A stretch of DNA of 64,000 nucleotides from a virus, in the IMG/VR virus record IMGVR_UViG_3300025466_000015, one strand, 5' to 3'. Below the pieces are notes generated by a model. It searched no databases, was not told the DNA's origin, and saw only the letters and a list, made by a program, of their open reading frames with translations. Within the stretch, counting starts at the first letter, position 1. The number at the start of each line of letters is the position of its first letter. Made by a program: the position numbers and the translations under genes. This document shows, piece after piece, positions 27,286-36,873 of the stretch.

Positions 27286-27320
27286 TCTCCTGACTTTCGT
27301 TATGATAATGTGAATTTTAT

Positions 27321-27344
27321 ACCCCGCCTAGTGCGGGGTTTTTT
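27321..27344 (+). terminator. rho-independent terminator
   Basis: ACCCCGC-CTAGT-GCGGGGT followed by a T-run, between convergent genes. Confidence 0.85.
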
Positions 27345-29034
27345 ATACCAGCCTCAGGTTTTGTTTCTGTACCTTCTGTAATGTTGGATCATCCGTTCTA
27401 ACAGGTATAGAGGTGTCTAGTACAATATCACTACCTTTTGAACCAGATTTTGCAACAATATTTTTAGAGTTGTCAATATTAATCACTTTTGGTTGAGACT
27501 CTTTCATTTGTAAATCAGTATTTTGTGCCATTGCATTTTGTGCTCTCTCACCAATTGGATTTGGTGCTGGTGGTGCCATTGATGCTGTTGATGTTGATGG
27601 TGCTGAAGCGGTTGATGTTGATGGTGACATTGAATCACCTGATGGCGCTGAGGCTGGTGCTACTGATGTTGTTGATGTTGCAGCTGGACTAACGGATGAT
27701 GGTGTTGCAGCTGCAGCTGTTGATGTAGATGTTGCCTGTGTCGTTTTTGGTGTACCATCTGTATTGTATTTTTCTCCGAATTTTTTGTCCCAATTCTCTT
27801 GTTCAAGTTTCAATTTACTACCAGCAGGACTTCCAGCATCTATATCTTTTTGTGTTACATTTTTGTGTCTTGCATCACCAGCTTTTGGTCTAGGTGGTTG
27901 TTTTGGTAATTTATCATTTGTTGATTTCGGTACAGCAACATCTGGTCCTTCAGCTATTTGTTTAACCATTTTCAAACCACCCATATCAATAATGGCTTGT
28001 TTGTTAGATTCGGGATCTTTTAGAAGTTCTTGTGCTCGGGCTTTACTATTTTTAATCACATCGGTCAAATAATCTTTACCGCTTTGTGTAACTTTTCCGT
28101 CTTTATCTTTTTGGTCATATACAGCAATATCATTTGCCGAACCATTCTCTAATACAGCAGCGGCCTCTTGTGGAGTCATTGCTTTCATATTTGGTATGTT
28201 TTCTTTGACCAACTTTGTTAAAGCATCAGACATTAAACCTGCCAAATATACAGCTAATGTGCCAGCTGCAGCAACACCTAAAATGGCTAAAACATAGGGA
28301 TTAACCAAAAAACGACCTAGTGTTTTCAATAAATTTTTACCAATAATTTCAGCAAACTCCAATAATGGTTTTAATATTTCTTTCAAAGCATCGATTGCTG
28401 TACTTATCGTCTTCTCAATGTTTTTTAACAAATCACCAAGTCCACTAAACAAACCTTTTCCTTTTGGTTTAGTTACTTTTGTTGCCGAACCAGTAACTTT
28501 CATGCCAGTTATAGCAGAAAGTAATTCTTTGTGCCATGTTTCTTTTTGTTTTTCTTGTTTATACTTAAAGTTTATATCAAGTTCTCTACGTTTTTCTTCT
28601 TCAGTATAATTGGATTTCATTAGGTTGTATAATTTACCTAATACACTAGCAACACCCTCACCTTTTTTCATTCGTTGATTCTGACCTTCAGCCACTTTGG
28701 TGTATAATGCTGGTTGTATAGCACTTAAATCACTATCTTGTGTAATGTTGCCAGCATAGTTGCCTCTACGACCACCAGCAAAATACTGAATATCTTTATC
28801 ACTTCTACCTGTCAAACGACCAAGAACGGCTGCACCAAGATTACCTGTTAAAGCTTTGGCAATGTTTAACGGATCAAATTTCTCTTTGATACCGGTTACT
28901 CTGGCTCTAAGTGATTGTGATATAGAAGAACGAATAGCTTTACCAACACCTTGACCTGAAACGATGTTTTGTGTTATTAGTTCTTTAAGACCTGTATCTC
29001 TAATTCTACGGCCTTGTTGATATGACATTGCCAT
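27343..29034 (-). CDS. baseplate hub / tape-measure-like protein
   Basis: Position downstream of gp26/gp51; helical, with TM-like segment and S/T/A-rich linker. Confidence 0.6.
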   Translation of the reverse strand: MAMSYQQGRRIRDTGLKELITQNIVSGQGVGKAIRSSISQSLRARVTGIKEKFDPLNIAKALTGNLGAAVLGRLTGRSDKDIQYFAGGRRGNYAGNITQDSDLSAIQPALYTKVAEGQNQRMKKGEGVASVLGKLYNLMKSNYTEEEKRRELDINFKYKQEKQKETWHKELLSAITGMKVTGSATKVTKPKGKGLFSGLGDLLKNIEKTISTAIDALKEILKPLLEFAEIIGKNLLKTLGRFLVNPYVLAILGVAAAGTLAVYLAGLMSDALTKLVKENIPNMKAMTPQEAAAVLENGSANDIAVYDQKDKDGKVTQSGKDYLTDVIKNSKARAQELLKDPESNKQAIIDMGGLKMVKQIAEGPDVAVPKSTNDKLPKQPPRPKAGDARHKNVTQKDIDAGSPAGSKLKLEQENWDKKFGEKYNTDGTPKTTQATSTSTAAAATPSSVSPAATSTTSVAPASAPSGDSMSPSTSTASAPSTSTASMAPPAPNPIGERAQNAMAQNTDLQMKESQPKVINIDNSKNIVAKSGSKGSDIVLDTSIPVRTDDPTLQKVQKQNLRLV

Positions 29035-29037
29035 TTT

Positions 29038-30573
29038 TTATCCTTGTTGATGTGCTGGTAAATCTGGTGAACTACCTTGTGCGAGTGTTTTTTGTTTAGA
29101 CGGTGTAGATTGTGATATGTTTGTTTGTGTATTATCCATAATAATTGTGGTACCTGATGCACCTTCTTTCTTAAGGTTTTGGTTTTGTATTGAACCCAAT
29201 GCTAATTGTGTACCTAAATCTTTTTGTTGTAATGCCTGAGCGTATTTTTCTTGATATTGGCCAACTTTTTCAAATAAAACATTTATAACTTGCTTTACAG
29301 TTCTAGGTTTATTTTTATCTACTTTTTTATCAGTTTTTTCATAAAATATAAAATCATTTGCCGCTGCAGCAGCAGGCATTATATCAGCAGCTTTTTTATT
29401 TGGATCAGCAGTAAATAATGTTTTTGCACCACCAGCACCTAAAAAATGAGCTGCATAGACTGAAGTTGCATCTACTGGTATTTTCGCTTTAGATAATATT
29501 GCAGAATTTTCTTTAATGAATAAAGCGCCAGCTATTGCACTAGCATTTGCATCTTCAGGTCCCTTTTCTTTCAGAATAGGGTAATCTTTACCATATTTTT
29601 TTACCATGTCATTCCAAGTACCGGAAATAAATTGATATAAACCTTTTGCTGAACTTGTACCAGCTTTTGCTTCTGGGTTAAAATTACTTTCTTGTTTAGC
29701 AATTGCATACATCAAAGCACGGTCTACACCAACTGTTTTGGAAGCTTCATCAATAGCATTAGCATATGTTATTGCGGGCATTAATAATCCACCAACTATT
29801 GTTGCTCCTGTAACCTTGGCAGCTGTTGATACACCTGATGGTATAGAAGGTTTAGGTACTGTAACAGTAGGCGTTGGCGCTTGTGGTGCCGCCGGAGCAG
29901 GTTCAACAGGCTTTGCTGTTACTGGTGGTTTTGCTTCAGGTGCAGGCTTAGCTGTTGGTGGTTCTGCAGGCTTAACTTTTGGTTCTGGTGGCTTAGCTTG
30001 AGGTTCTGCTGGTTTAGCTTTAGGTTCTGGAGGTTTAGCTTGCGGTTCTGGTGCCTTTTCAGTAGTCTTTTTAACTTCTTCTTTGGCCTTAGTTTCTGCT
30101 TTCTCAGGTGCTTTCTTTTCAGGTTCTTTTTTTTCTTCTTTTTTCTCAGGCTCTTTTTTCGTTTCTTTAACTTCTTTTCGTTTTTTTAATGCTTCAACCA
30201 ATTCTTTGTGGCGTCTGGTATCTTCATCTATATGTTCTCTTTCAAAATCACGATTCAACTCAAAATGAATTTTTCTTTCTCTTTCGGTTGATTTGATAAG
30301 ACTGAATAATTTACCGGCAACATCAGCCACCGAATCATTTTTTTCTAATTTTGGATTTTTCTTTTCAGCAGCTTTAGTAAAGAATGCTGTATCAACAGAA
30401 CCAACTTTGCCGACAGTTGGTTTCTTAACACCCATTGCCTTAATAGGTGAAGGTTTTCTTTGAGCCATTTGCCTAGTGGCATTACGAGGATTGCCTACAG
30501 TAGCAGCTACGGTTTCACGGCTGAATTTCTTTTTAAACCCTTCTGCTATATTTTGTAGGCCTTCTGTAATCAT
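29038..30573 (-). CDS. hub/tape-measure-like protein with lytic transglycosylase (SLT) domain
   Basis: AIAKQESNFNPEA, SSAKGLYQFISGTW, YAAHFLGAGGA; Pro/Lys-rich linker. Confidence 0.75.
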   Translation of the reverse strand: MITEGLQNIAEGFKKKFSRETVAATVGNPRNATRQMAQRKPSPIKAMGVKKPTVGKVGSVDTAFFTKAAEKKNPKLEKNDSVADVAGKLFSLIKSTERERKIHFELNRDFEREHIDEDTRRHKELVEALKKRKEVKETKKEPEKKEEKKEPEKKAPEKAETKAKEEVKKTTEKAPEPQAKPPEPKAKPAEPQAKPPEPKVKPAEPPTAKPAPEAKPPVTAKPVEPAPAAPQAPTPTVTVPKPSIPSGVSTAAKVTGATIVGGLLMPAITYANAIDEASKTVGVDRALMYAIAKQESNFNPEAKAGTSSAKGLYQFISGTWNDMVKKYGKDYPILKEKGPEDANASAIAGALFIKENSAILSKAKIPVDATSVYAAHFLGAGGAKTLFTADPNKKAADIMPAAAAANDFIFYEKTDKKVDKNKPRTVKQVINVLFEKVGQYQEKYAQALQQKDLGTQLALGSIQNQNLKKEGASGTTIIMDNTQTNISQSTPSKQKTLAQGSSPDLPAHQQG

Positions 30574-30761
30574 CTGCTAGCTTGTCTTTGCTTGATTTTT
30601 TCGTTTTCTTGTTCAATATATTGTATAAGCATAGACACATAGATGTCTCTCTCCCAAGGAATCATATTGTCAAGTTCTGTCAAACTGTATTTGTGGTGTT
30701 GCATCAATGCAAAATTAGTTTGATAGTGATTCCTCAAATTATCATGACGAAATGTTAACCG
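30570..30761 (-). CDS. gp51: gp51-like baseplate hub assembly protein (not in ORF track; likely made by -1 frameshift from gp26)
   Basis: Frame RLTFRHDNLRNHYQTNFALMQHHKYSLTELDNMIPWERDIYVSMLIQYIEQENEKIKQRQASR*; first ATG only at 30704. Confidence 0.8.
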   Translation of the reverse strand, partial: RLTFRHDNLRNHYQTNFALMQHHKYSLTELDNMIPWERDIYVSMLIQYIEQENEKIKQRQASR

Positions 30762-31474
30762 AAAAAACTTTCAAGACCCTCCACTTCTATTGTATGATGG
30801 AAACCACACTTTTTACAATCCATTTGAATGGTCTTGTTTAGTGTGGGTAGATTACTAAAGAAATCTTCTATCTTGGAGAATTGTTGTTGATTCAAAGACT
30901 CAACAAATTCAGTCAATTCTTCAGGACTAGATTCTTTGGCATAATAATATTGTTCACCATCAAAAATATATTCAATAGAGTTGACAATCATAGAGAAAGC
31001 CAAATCAGTAGCTGATGAAATATCGGCCGATAATATAGAAAATTCAGGATACTTTAGTTTGATACTCAATCTATCATTCAACTGAATCACATCAGATTGT
31101 TTTTCTGGCATATTAACTTTAATGTCCAACAGGTTCAAGTTGGATTCCATTAAATTGCCGCAAGGTTTATTGTCTACCAAGTTTTCACATTTGTATTTGT
31201 TCTCAACAACTTCACCAACAGAACGAGCTCTTAGTTGTAGAAAATAAAACTCTACATCTAAAATAGGTAACCCATCAATGTCAATTCCGTCAGTCAAAGT
31301 ACAATTATGTAAGACTTGACGAATATTCTTTTCAATATTATTCTTATCGTCAGACTCCATAGCCATCATCAGATTACGCTGTTCTTTGACCAAGAACGGT
31401 CTGAACCTTATATGTTTCTTAGATAATGGTAAATCCAGTTCATAGACTGGTGCATCAATTTTAGGCAAAGCCAT
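30755..31474 (-). CDS. gp26: baseplate hub assembly protein gp26
   Basis: MALPKI ... RPFLVKE ... LRARSVGE ... LKYP ... CKKCG ... EGLESFF. Confidence 0.9.
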   Translation of the reverse strand: MALPKIDAPVYELDLPLSKKHIRFRPFLVKEQRNLMMAMESDDKNNIEKNIRQVLHNCTLTDGIDIDGLPILDVEFYFLQLRARSVGEVVENKYKCENLVDNKPCGNLMESNLNLLDIKVNMPEKQSDVIQLNDRLSIKLKYPEFSILSADISSATDLAFSMIVNSIEYIFDGEQYYYAKESSPEELTEFVESLNQQQFSKIEDFFSNLPTLNKTIQMDCKKCGFHHTIEVEGLESFFG

Positions 31475-31503
31475 AATATTTTCCTTTCAAATCAATTGAT
31501 AAA

Positions 31504-32229
31504 TTATGATAGTTGATATCCATCTTCAGCAGATGTTGGATTAGGTATTTGATATCCATCTTCAGCAGATGTTGGATTAAAAGTTGGATTTTGTGTCACC
31601 ATAGAAGATGGAATATCTGGTGTTGGATTTGCTTGGCCAAGACCACCAAATCCAGTAGTAATTTGTGATATAGCAGTCTGTAACAAACTTGTACCAAGAG
31701 CCTGCACCGAATTGTTCTGCCAGTATGTATAAGCAAACACCACAACCAATTTATGGTAATCGGTATTAGACCACTCTAAATCTAATTGGTTGACTGATAT
31801 TGGGTAAGCATCAATTAGATTAATAGAATATGTTTTGTTAGATGCAACATCATACTGATTGATGGTGATGGTCGTTGCATAGTCAGTCTTATATTTAAAG
31901 TTAAAGGTGTAAGATGGATTGATATACTCCAACCATGAATCAAAGAATATCTTCTCAGACATATCATCAGACACAATAAAAGTCAACTCAACATCATTGT
32001 ATTGTGGTTGATACGGGTACTTTTCAATAGGATTGGAACCAAACTTTTGTTCGGCTGTGGCCAATGTTCTACTAGGCAGTTGAGCAGCCTCACACCTAAA
32101 ATTTAAATTTCTAGATGTGTTCAAGAAAGGATACAAGGTCAAAGGAACAGGAATAGAAACGTCAAAACGACTCGGACGAGCCAAGTCGGTTACAAAACTG
32201 GATTTAAAATCGTTGATTGAACCTGCCAT
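31504..32229 (-). CDS. gp54: baseplate-tail tube initiator gp54-like
   Basis: LARPSRF, CEAAQLP, LTFIVS, AYPISV, VVFAY; tube-fold family; position. Confidence 0.7.
   Translation of the reverse strand: MAGSINDFKSSFVTDLARPSRFDVSIPVPLTLYPFLNTSRNLNFRCEAAQLPSRTLATAEQKFGSNPIEKYPYQPQYNDVELTFIVSDDMSEKIFFDSWLEYINPSYTFNFKYKTDYATTITINQYDVASNKTYSINLIDAYPISVNQLDLEWSNTDYHKLVVVFAYTYWQNNSVQALGTSLLQTAISQITTGFGGLGQANPTPDIPSSMVTQNPTFNPTSAEDGYQIPNPTSAEDGYQLS
31513..31579. repeat. 31-bp direct repeat at the gp54-like 3' end
   Basis: TTGATATCCATCTTCAGCAGATGTTGGATTA at 31513 and 31549 (NPTSAEDGYQ twice). Confidence 0.9.
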
Positions 32230-32231
32230 TT

Positions 32232-32828
32232 TTATGAATTCCTAATCTCTTGCATGGATTCTTTCCATATCTGCTGTGGTTTTTCGCCTTTAAACTGGTG
32301 AACCGGTAAATACATGGAGGTTTCCCATTCGTTTGGTTGAACCGCCAGAATCCTTGACCTAATATGAGGAAACAAGTATCGTTTTATACATGGCTTGAAC
32401 TCTCGGAATCTCTTGGATGCGTTTAGGATATCATAAGTGACTCTCATTCTCTTGATATCGTCTTCGTTATCCAGGAGAGCAAACTGCATCAATTTCCTAA
32501 GAAAAATAATCCTGTACTTAACTGGTAAGTAATGTAGGTTTAATCCAAGGAATCCATCCTCGTATTTGTCCAACACCAGAACCAAAGGGAATTTATCATA
32601 ATATGGCAACTCATGTTTCAACTTTGGATCATACAAAAAGTAATATAACTTACCTTTGACAAATGTTCTAACGAATCTACTTTTCTCTTGACTAATGCCT
32701 TTAGCCAATTTGATTGGATTTCTAAGGTCGGCTACTTTTTTGGTGTACCATGACATCGACTCACGAGACAATTTTTGTAAATTGGCCGCTGAGTGTTCTT
32801 CAGTAAGTGTAGTAAGTATTGATTCCAT
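32232..32828 (-). CDS. gp2: DNA end protector protein gp2
   Basis: YDPKxKxELPYYDKFPLV, GLNLHYLP, PCIKRYL. Confidence 0.92.
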   Translation of the reverse strand: MESILTTLTEEHSAANLQKLSRESMSWYTKKVADLRNPIKLAKGISQEKSRFVRTFVKGKLYYFLYDPKLKHELPYYDKFPLVLVLDKYEDGFLGLNLHYLPVKYRIIFLRKLMQFALLDNEDDIKRMRVTYDILNASKRFREFKPCIKRYLFPHIRSRILAVQPNEWETSMYLPVHQFKGEKPQQIWKESMQEIRNS

Positions 32829-32840
32829 TAGAGTATTTAG

Positions 32841-33275
32841 TTAGAGACCAAGATGGTCTTCTGTAATGACTCTGAATTCCCAGCCACGATCCATACAGTA
32901 TTCGTTGGCTGCTTTCCATTTAGCCTCATTAACTCCCCAGGTGGCTACTTCGTTAATGAATTTCTTTGTTACTCTTTTCTGTGGTTTAGGTGGTTGAGTT
33001 TGGTACTTTGGTTTGACCTCAAGCATCAAAGTTCTCTGTTTACCATCTTTGCCTTTGATTTTCACTATAAAATCAGGAAAGTATCGGTGCCAACGATTAT
33101 CTACAGGTGACACATAAGGCACGATTAATTCTTCAGAAGCCCAAGATATTACTGAGTCATTACGGTCGAGCCAATCCATGACACGGCACTCCCACGATGA
33201 GCGGTAAGTGATGTTTCGATAGTCCCCAATATACTTTTGAGGATTGGTAGGTGTGAATCGTCCTGAATATGCCAT
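32841..33275 (-). CDS. gp4: head completion nuclease gp4
   Basis: YSGRFxPxNPQKY, YRSSWE, WASEE, RYFPDF, EVKP, NEAKW, ITEDHL; start moved to MAYSG. Confidence 0.92.
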   Translation of the reverse strand: MAYSGRFTPTNPQKYIGDYRNITYRSSWECRVMDWLDRNDSVISWASEELIVPYVSPVDNRWHRYFPDFIVKIKGKDGKQRTLMLEVKPKYQTQPPKPQKRVTKKFINEVATWGVNEAKWKAANEYCMDRGWEFRVITEDHLGL

Positions 33276-33311
33276 AAATAGTATGTATATCAATTTTTAT
33301 AGAAGAAATTA

Positions 33312-34556
33312 ATGGCCATTATTTCAATTCCAACATCAGTTGCAGGTGTAGCGTTACCCGGATCATTAGGTGGTCTGGCTAAAGGACCTTTGAGTGCTTT
33401 GTTTGCGGGTAATGGCGTTCAAACACTTCAATATCCATCCGATTTAGCAACTGATCCGTCCAGAGCACATTACATACAATTTTCCATTAAAGAAATTGTA
33501 CCGGCAGGTTGGACTTCTACTAATGGAGTCGTTTCTGGTGCTAAAATTGGTGCAGGAGGTGCTAATGCTGTTAAAGCTGCAGCATCATGGGCCGCATCCA
33601 CAGTTTCTGGTGCTGCAACATCGGTTAATCAATCCATAGTTAATAATGTTCCTGGCGCTGCAATAGTTGAAAATGCTTTGTCTGAAGCTTCTACAATAAC
33701 TTCATCATCTGTGGTAGGACAAACTTTAGCTCAAGGCATAAATTCGGTAGAAAATTCAGTTTCTAGTGCATTTTCTTCATTTATCAATACGCTATCATCA
33801 ACTACTATAGGTCAAAGCATCAAAGAAGGATTGTCAATTACTCCACAAACCACAAATCCTCGTGCAGTAATATCGTTATATATGCCAGATACACTCAACG
33901 CTGGTTACCAATCATCATATGATACACCATCATTACAAGATGCTTTTGGGTCAACAATACAAGGTATTAGGTCTTTAGTTAAAACTGCTGGACAATTTGC
34001 TGAAGGTGCTGATTTAAAAAGTGTAATTTCTAGTGATCCAGGTGTCATAAACCTTCAAGCAAAAGCCATTGGTGTTGGAGCAGGCCTTGCTGGTGGAAAT
34101 GTAGAACTCACACAATCTCTTGTATTGCAGGCACAAGGTTATGCAATTAATCCACAAGTTCAGATGTTATATAAAGGTATTGACTTGAGGAGTTTTCAAC
34201 TCTCATTTACCTTTACTCCAAAATCTGCTGATGAGACAGAACAGGTTGATAAAATCATATCCACATTCAAGTATTATTTCTCTCCAGCATTACAAGCAGG
34301 TGCTCAGACTCAAACGGATGCCATGTTTCTTATTCCACCAGCATTATTTAATGTAAATTTTATGATTAATAGCGTTGAAAATAGATATTTGCCAAAATAT
34401 GGTGATTGTGTATTAGAGAATATGGAAGTAAACTATGCACCAAATGGTTGGTCTTCTTTTGAGAGTGGTGCACCAGTTCAAACAACTTTATCTTTGAGTT
34501 TTAGAGAAACACAAATTATCGATAAGGCTAAGTTACAAAACGGAGATTTGAGATAA
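33312..34556 (+). CDS. gp48: baseplate tail tube cap gp48
   Basis: LQYP, LYMP, NPQVQMLY, RSFQLSFTFTPKS, VNYAP, LSFRET. Confidence 0.85.
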   Translation: MAIISIPTSVAGVALPGSLGGLAKGPLSALFAGNGVQTLQYPSDLATDPSRAHYIQFSIKEIVPAGWTSTNGVVSGAKIGAGGANAVKAAASWAASTVSGAATSVNQSIVNNVPGAAIVENALSEASTITSSSVVGQTLAQGINSVENSVSSAFSSFINTLSSTTIGQSIKEGLSITPQTTNPRAVISLYMPDTLNAGYQSSYDTPSLQDAFGSTIQGIRSLVKTAGQFAEGADLKSVISSDPGVINLQAKAIGVGAGLAGGNVELTQSLVLQAQGYAINPQVQMLYKGIDLRSFQLSFTFTPKSADETEQVDKIISTFKYYFSPALQAGAQTQTDAMFLIPPALFNVNFMINSVENRYLPKYGDCVLENMEVNYAPNGWSSFESGAPVQTTLSLSFRETQIIDKAKLQNGDLR

Positions 34557-35191
34557 TGTTTTACTTTAATTCGTTTCCAAAAGTAATCACAACCGATTAC
34601 AATGGTAATGGTATCTTGCTTACCAATATCATTAAGAGAATTAATTTTATACCAGGATTATTGAGTAATCCTTTGTTGTTGTATAAGTATGACTTGCAAG
34701 AAGGTGATACACCAGATATTGTAGCGAATAAGTATTATGGAGATTCATACAGATATTGGTTGCCTCTGTTTGCTAATAATATTATGAATCCACAATGGCA
34801 ATGGCCAATGGATTCAAATGTATTTGATTCATATATTCAAAACAAATATGCTGAGGCCGCAGCAGCCGCAAATGTTTCTAGTGTATTATCTTACACTCAA
34901 AGCACGGTTTACCAATATACAAAAACAATTCAAACTGTTGATAGTTACACATTAAATTCAAATTCAACAACGATTGTGATAGATGAACCTACATATAATT
35001 CCATGGTAACTGGAACAACAACATCTACTTTCCCCAATGGTGCTACAATAACACAAACAATCACCAAAAATGTTGTAAGTATCTATGATTATGAATTGGA
35101 ACAAAACGAATCTAATCGTTCAATTTCTCTCATCAATTCAATCTATACATCACAAATAGAATCACAGTTTGCATCACTAATGAAGTTATAA
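34556..35191 (+). CDS. gp53: baseplate wedge gp53
   Basis: YFNSFP, GDTPDIVAxKYYG, WP, YDYExxxNE. Confidence 0.88.
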   Translation: MFYFNSFPKVITTDYNGNGILLTNIIKRINFIPGLLSNPLLLYKYDLQEGDTPDIVANKYYGDSYRYWLPLFANNIMNPQWQWPMDSNVFDSYIQNKYAEAAAAANVSSVLSYTQSTVYQYTKTIQTVDSYTLNSNSTTIVIDEPTYNSMVTGTTTSTFPNGATITQTITKNVVSIYDYELEQNESNRSISLINSIYTSQIESQFASLMKL

Positions 35192-35192
35192 T

Positions 35193-36566
35193 ATGGCTGA
35201 TACACAAGTACCATTAACGCCAGGTATACGGGCACCGCAGAATTATTCGGTAGCCAGTTTAAATATCATCACAGCCACAGGCATAATGGATTTAAAATTG
35301 ATTGCTGCCGAATTATCATACCAAGAAGATTTGTTTAATAATACGGCTTCAGGTTATCTTTTGGTAACAGATTCGATGAACTATGTTCAATCTTTGAACT
35401 TGAATGGTAATGAATACCTTCAAATGGTCTTTAGTACAAGTGGTGACACCTTTGAAGAAATCAGTAAGATATTCCGAATCTATAAGATGGCCAAGAGGAA
35501 ACTTGAAGGCAATATGTATACTATTTCATATTGTTTGTATTTCTGTTCTGACGAAATGATATTAAATGAACAATATAAGGTATGTAAATCTTATCCTAAT
35601 CAACCTATTTTCTCAAATGTGGCAGATATTTTATTGAATGAATTAAAAGTACCTGTTTCTAAGATAGCAAACATAGAACCAACATATGGTAATTATGATT
35701 TTGTGATACCAACAATCAAGCCATTTGATGCCATTAACATGATGTCAGTATATGCAAGACCATCTACCGGAACTGTTGGTGCAGATATGATTTTCTTTGA
35801 AGATAAGAATGGATTTAATTTTAGATCCTTACAATCTATGATGCAAGGTGATAGTTACCACGATTATGCTTACAATCCAAAAAATACTGATCCTAAAAAT
35901 TTAAATTCAGCACTATATAATGTTTTGACATATGAGATTTTAGATTCATATGATGTATTGAATGGTGTCAATTCTGGTGCTTTTGCAAATCAATTGTTGT
36001 CTATTGATATATTGACAAGGACAAAGAAAGTAACCAACTTTGATTATGGTTCTTATATAAATGAGGGTTATACATTGAATGGATACCCCCTGATTAATCA
36101 GTTTCAAGATAGATACGGAAATGAATTAAATCGATCTTCACAAGCTGTTTATAAGTTGATTTTTTCAAATTTTCAACAAAACAGTTCAACGTATGTCAAA
36201 GACCAAGATAATGGTTCAGTAGCACATAATATTAATGCTGAGACTTACATACCGTATAGAACAGGACAATTAGCTTTGGCCAACTATACAAGATTAAAAA
36301 TATCGATTCCGGGTGATTCTAATATGACAGTAGGTAGAGTGGTAGGTTTTTCATTAGGTAATATTAATCCAAATAGTGAAGATCCAGATAGTTTCTATGC
36401 TGGTAATTATTTGGTCACAGGTGTTAGACATTTGATTGATTTTATCAGGTTAGAATATAAAACTATAATGGAAATTTCAAAAGATAGTACACCAACACAA
36501 TATGCTTCACCTGATAATACATCATCATTATGGCAACAACTTGCACAAGGAACTATAAATGGCTAA
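35193..36566 (+). CDS. baseplate hub protein (gp27-like)
   Basis: Between gp53 and gp5; FFEDxxGFNFRS, IPGDS, GNYLVTGVRH. Confidence 0.7.
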   Translation: MADTQVPLTPGIRAPQNYSVASLNIITATGIMDLKLIAAELSYQEDLFNNTASGYLLVTDSMNYVQSLNLNGNEYLQMVFSTSGDTFEEISKIFRIYKMAKRKLEGNMYTISYCLYFCSDEMILNEQYKVCKSYPNQPIFSNVADILLNELKVPVSKIANIEPTYGNYDFVIPTIKPFDAINMMSVYARPSTGTVGADMIFFEDKNGFNFRSLQSMMQGDSYHDYAYNPKNTDPKNLNSALYNVLTYEILDSYDVLNGVNSGAFANQLLSIDILTRTKKVTNFDYGSYINEGYTLNGYPLINQFQDRYGNELNRSSQAVYKLIFSNFQQNSSTYVKDQDNGSVAHNINAETYIPYRTGQLALANYTRLKISIPGDSNMTVGRVVGFSLGNINPNSEDPDSFYAGNYLVTGVRHLIDFIRLEYKTIMEISKDSTPTQYASPDNTSSLWQQLAQGTING

Positions 36567-36873
36567 AGACGTAATGAACTTTGCCGGCCTGAATGGATTT
36601 GTTTGGTGGGTCGGTGAAATTGAAAATAGAGATGATCCGTTAATGTTAGGTAGATGCCAAGTTCGTATTTTTGGTTGGTATGATGCTGGCCAAATACCAA
36701 CAAAAGATTTGCCATGGGCACATCCAATGTATCCATTAAATAATTCTAAAACTTTTTCTTCTCCAAATGTAGGAGAATGGGTTATTGGTTTCTTTATGGA
36801 TTCACAGAATGGCCAAATGCCAATCATGATGGGTCTTTTACCAGGTATTATAGAGGATAAACCAAATGAGTAG
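36559..36873 (+). CDS. gp5: gp5 N-terminal OB-fold domain as a stand-alone ORF
   Basis: FVWWVGEIENRDDPLMLGRCQVRIFG ... DLPWA ... GEWVIGFFMD ... PIMMG. Confidence 0.88.
   Translation: MAKDVMNFAGLNGFVWWVGEIENRDDPLMLGRCQVRIFGWYDAGQIPTKDLPWAHPMYPLNNSKTFSSPNVGEWVIGFFMDSQNGQMPIMMGLLPGIIEDKPNE

Noticed and set aside
32841-33275. TnsA-like transposase or mobile element
   Set aside because: Motifs and position next to gp2 and gp48 identify it as head completion protein gp4
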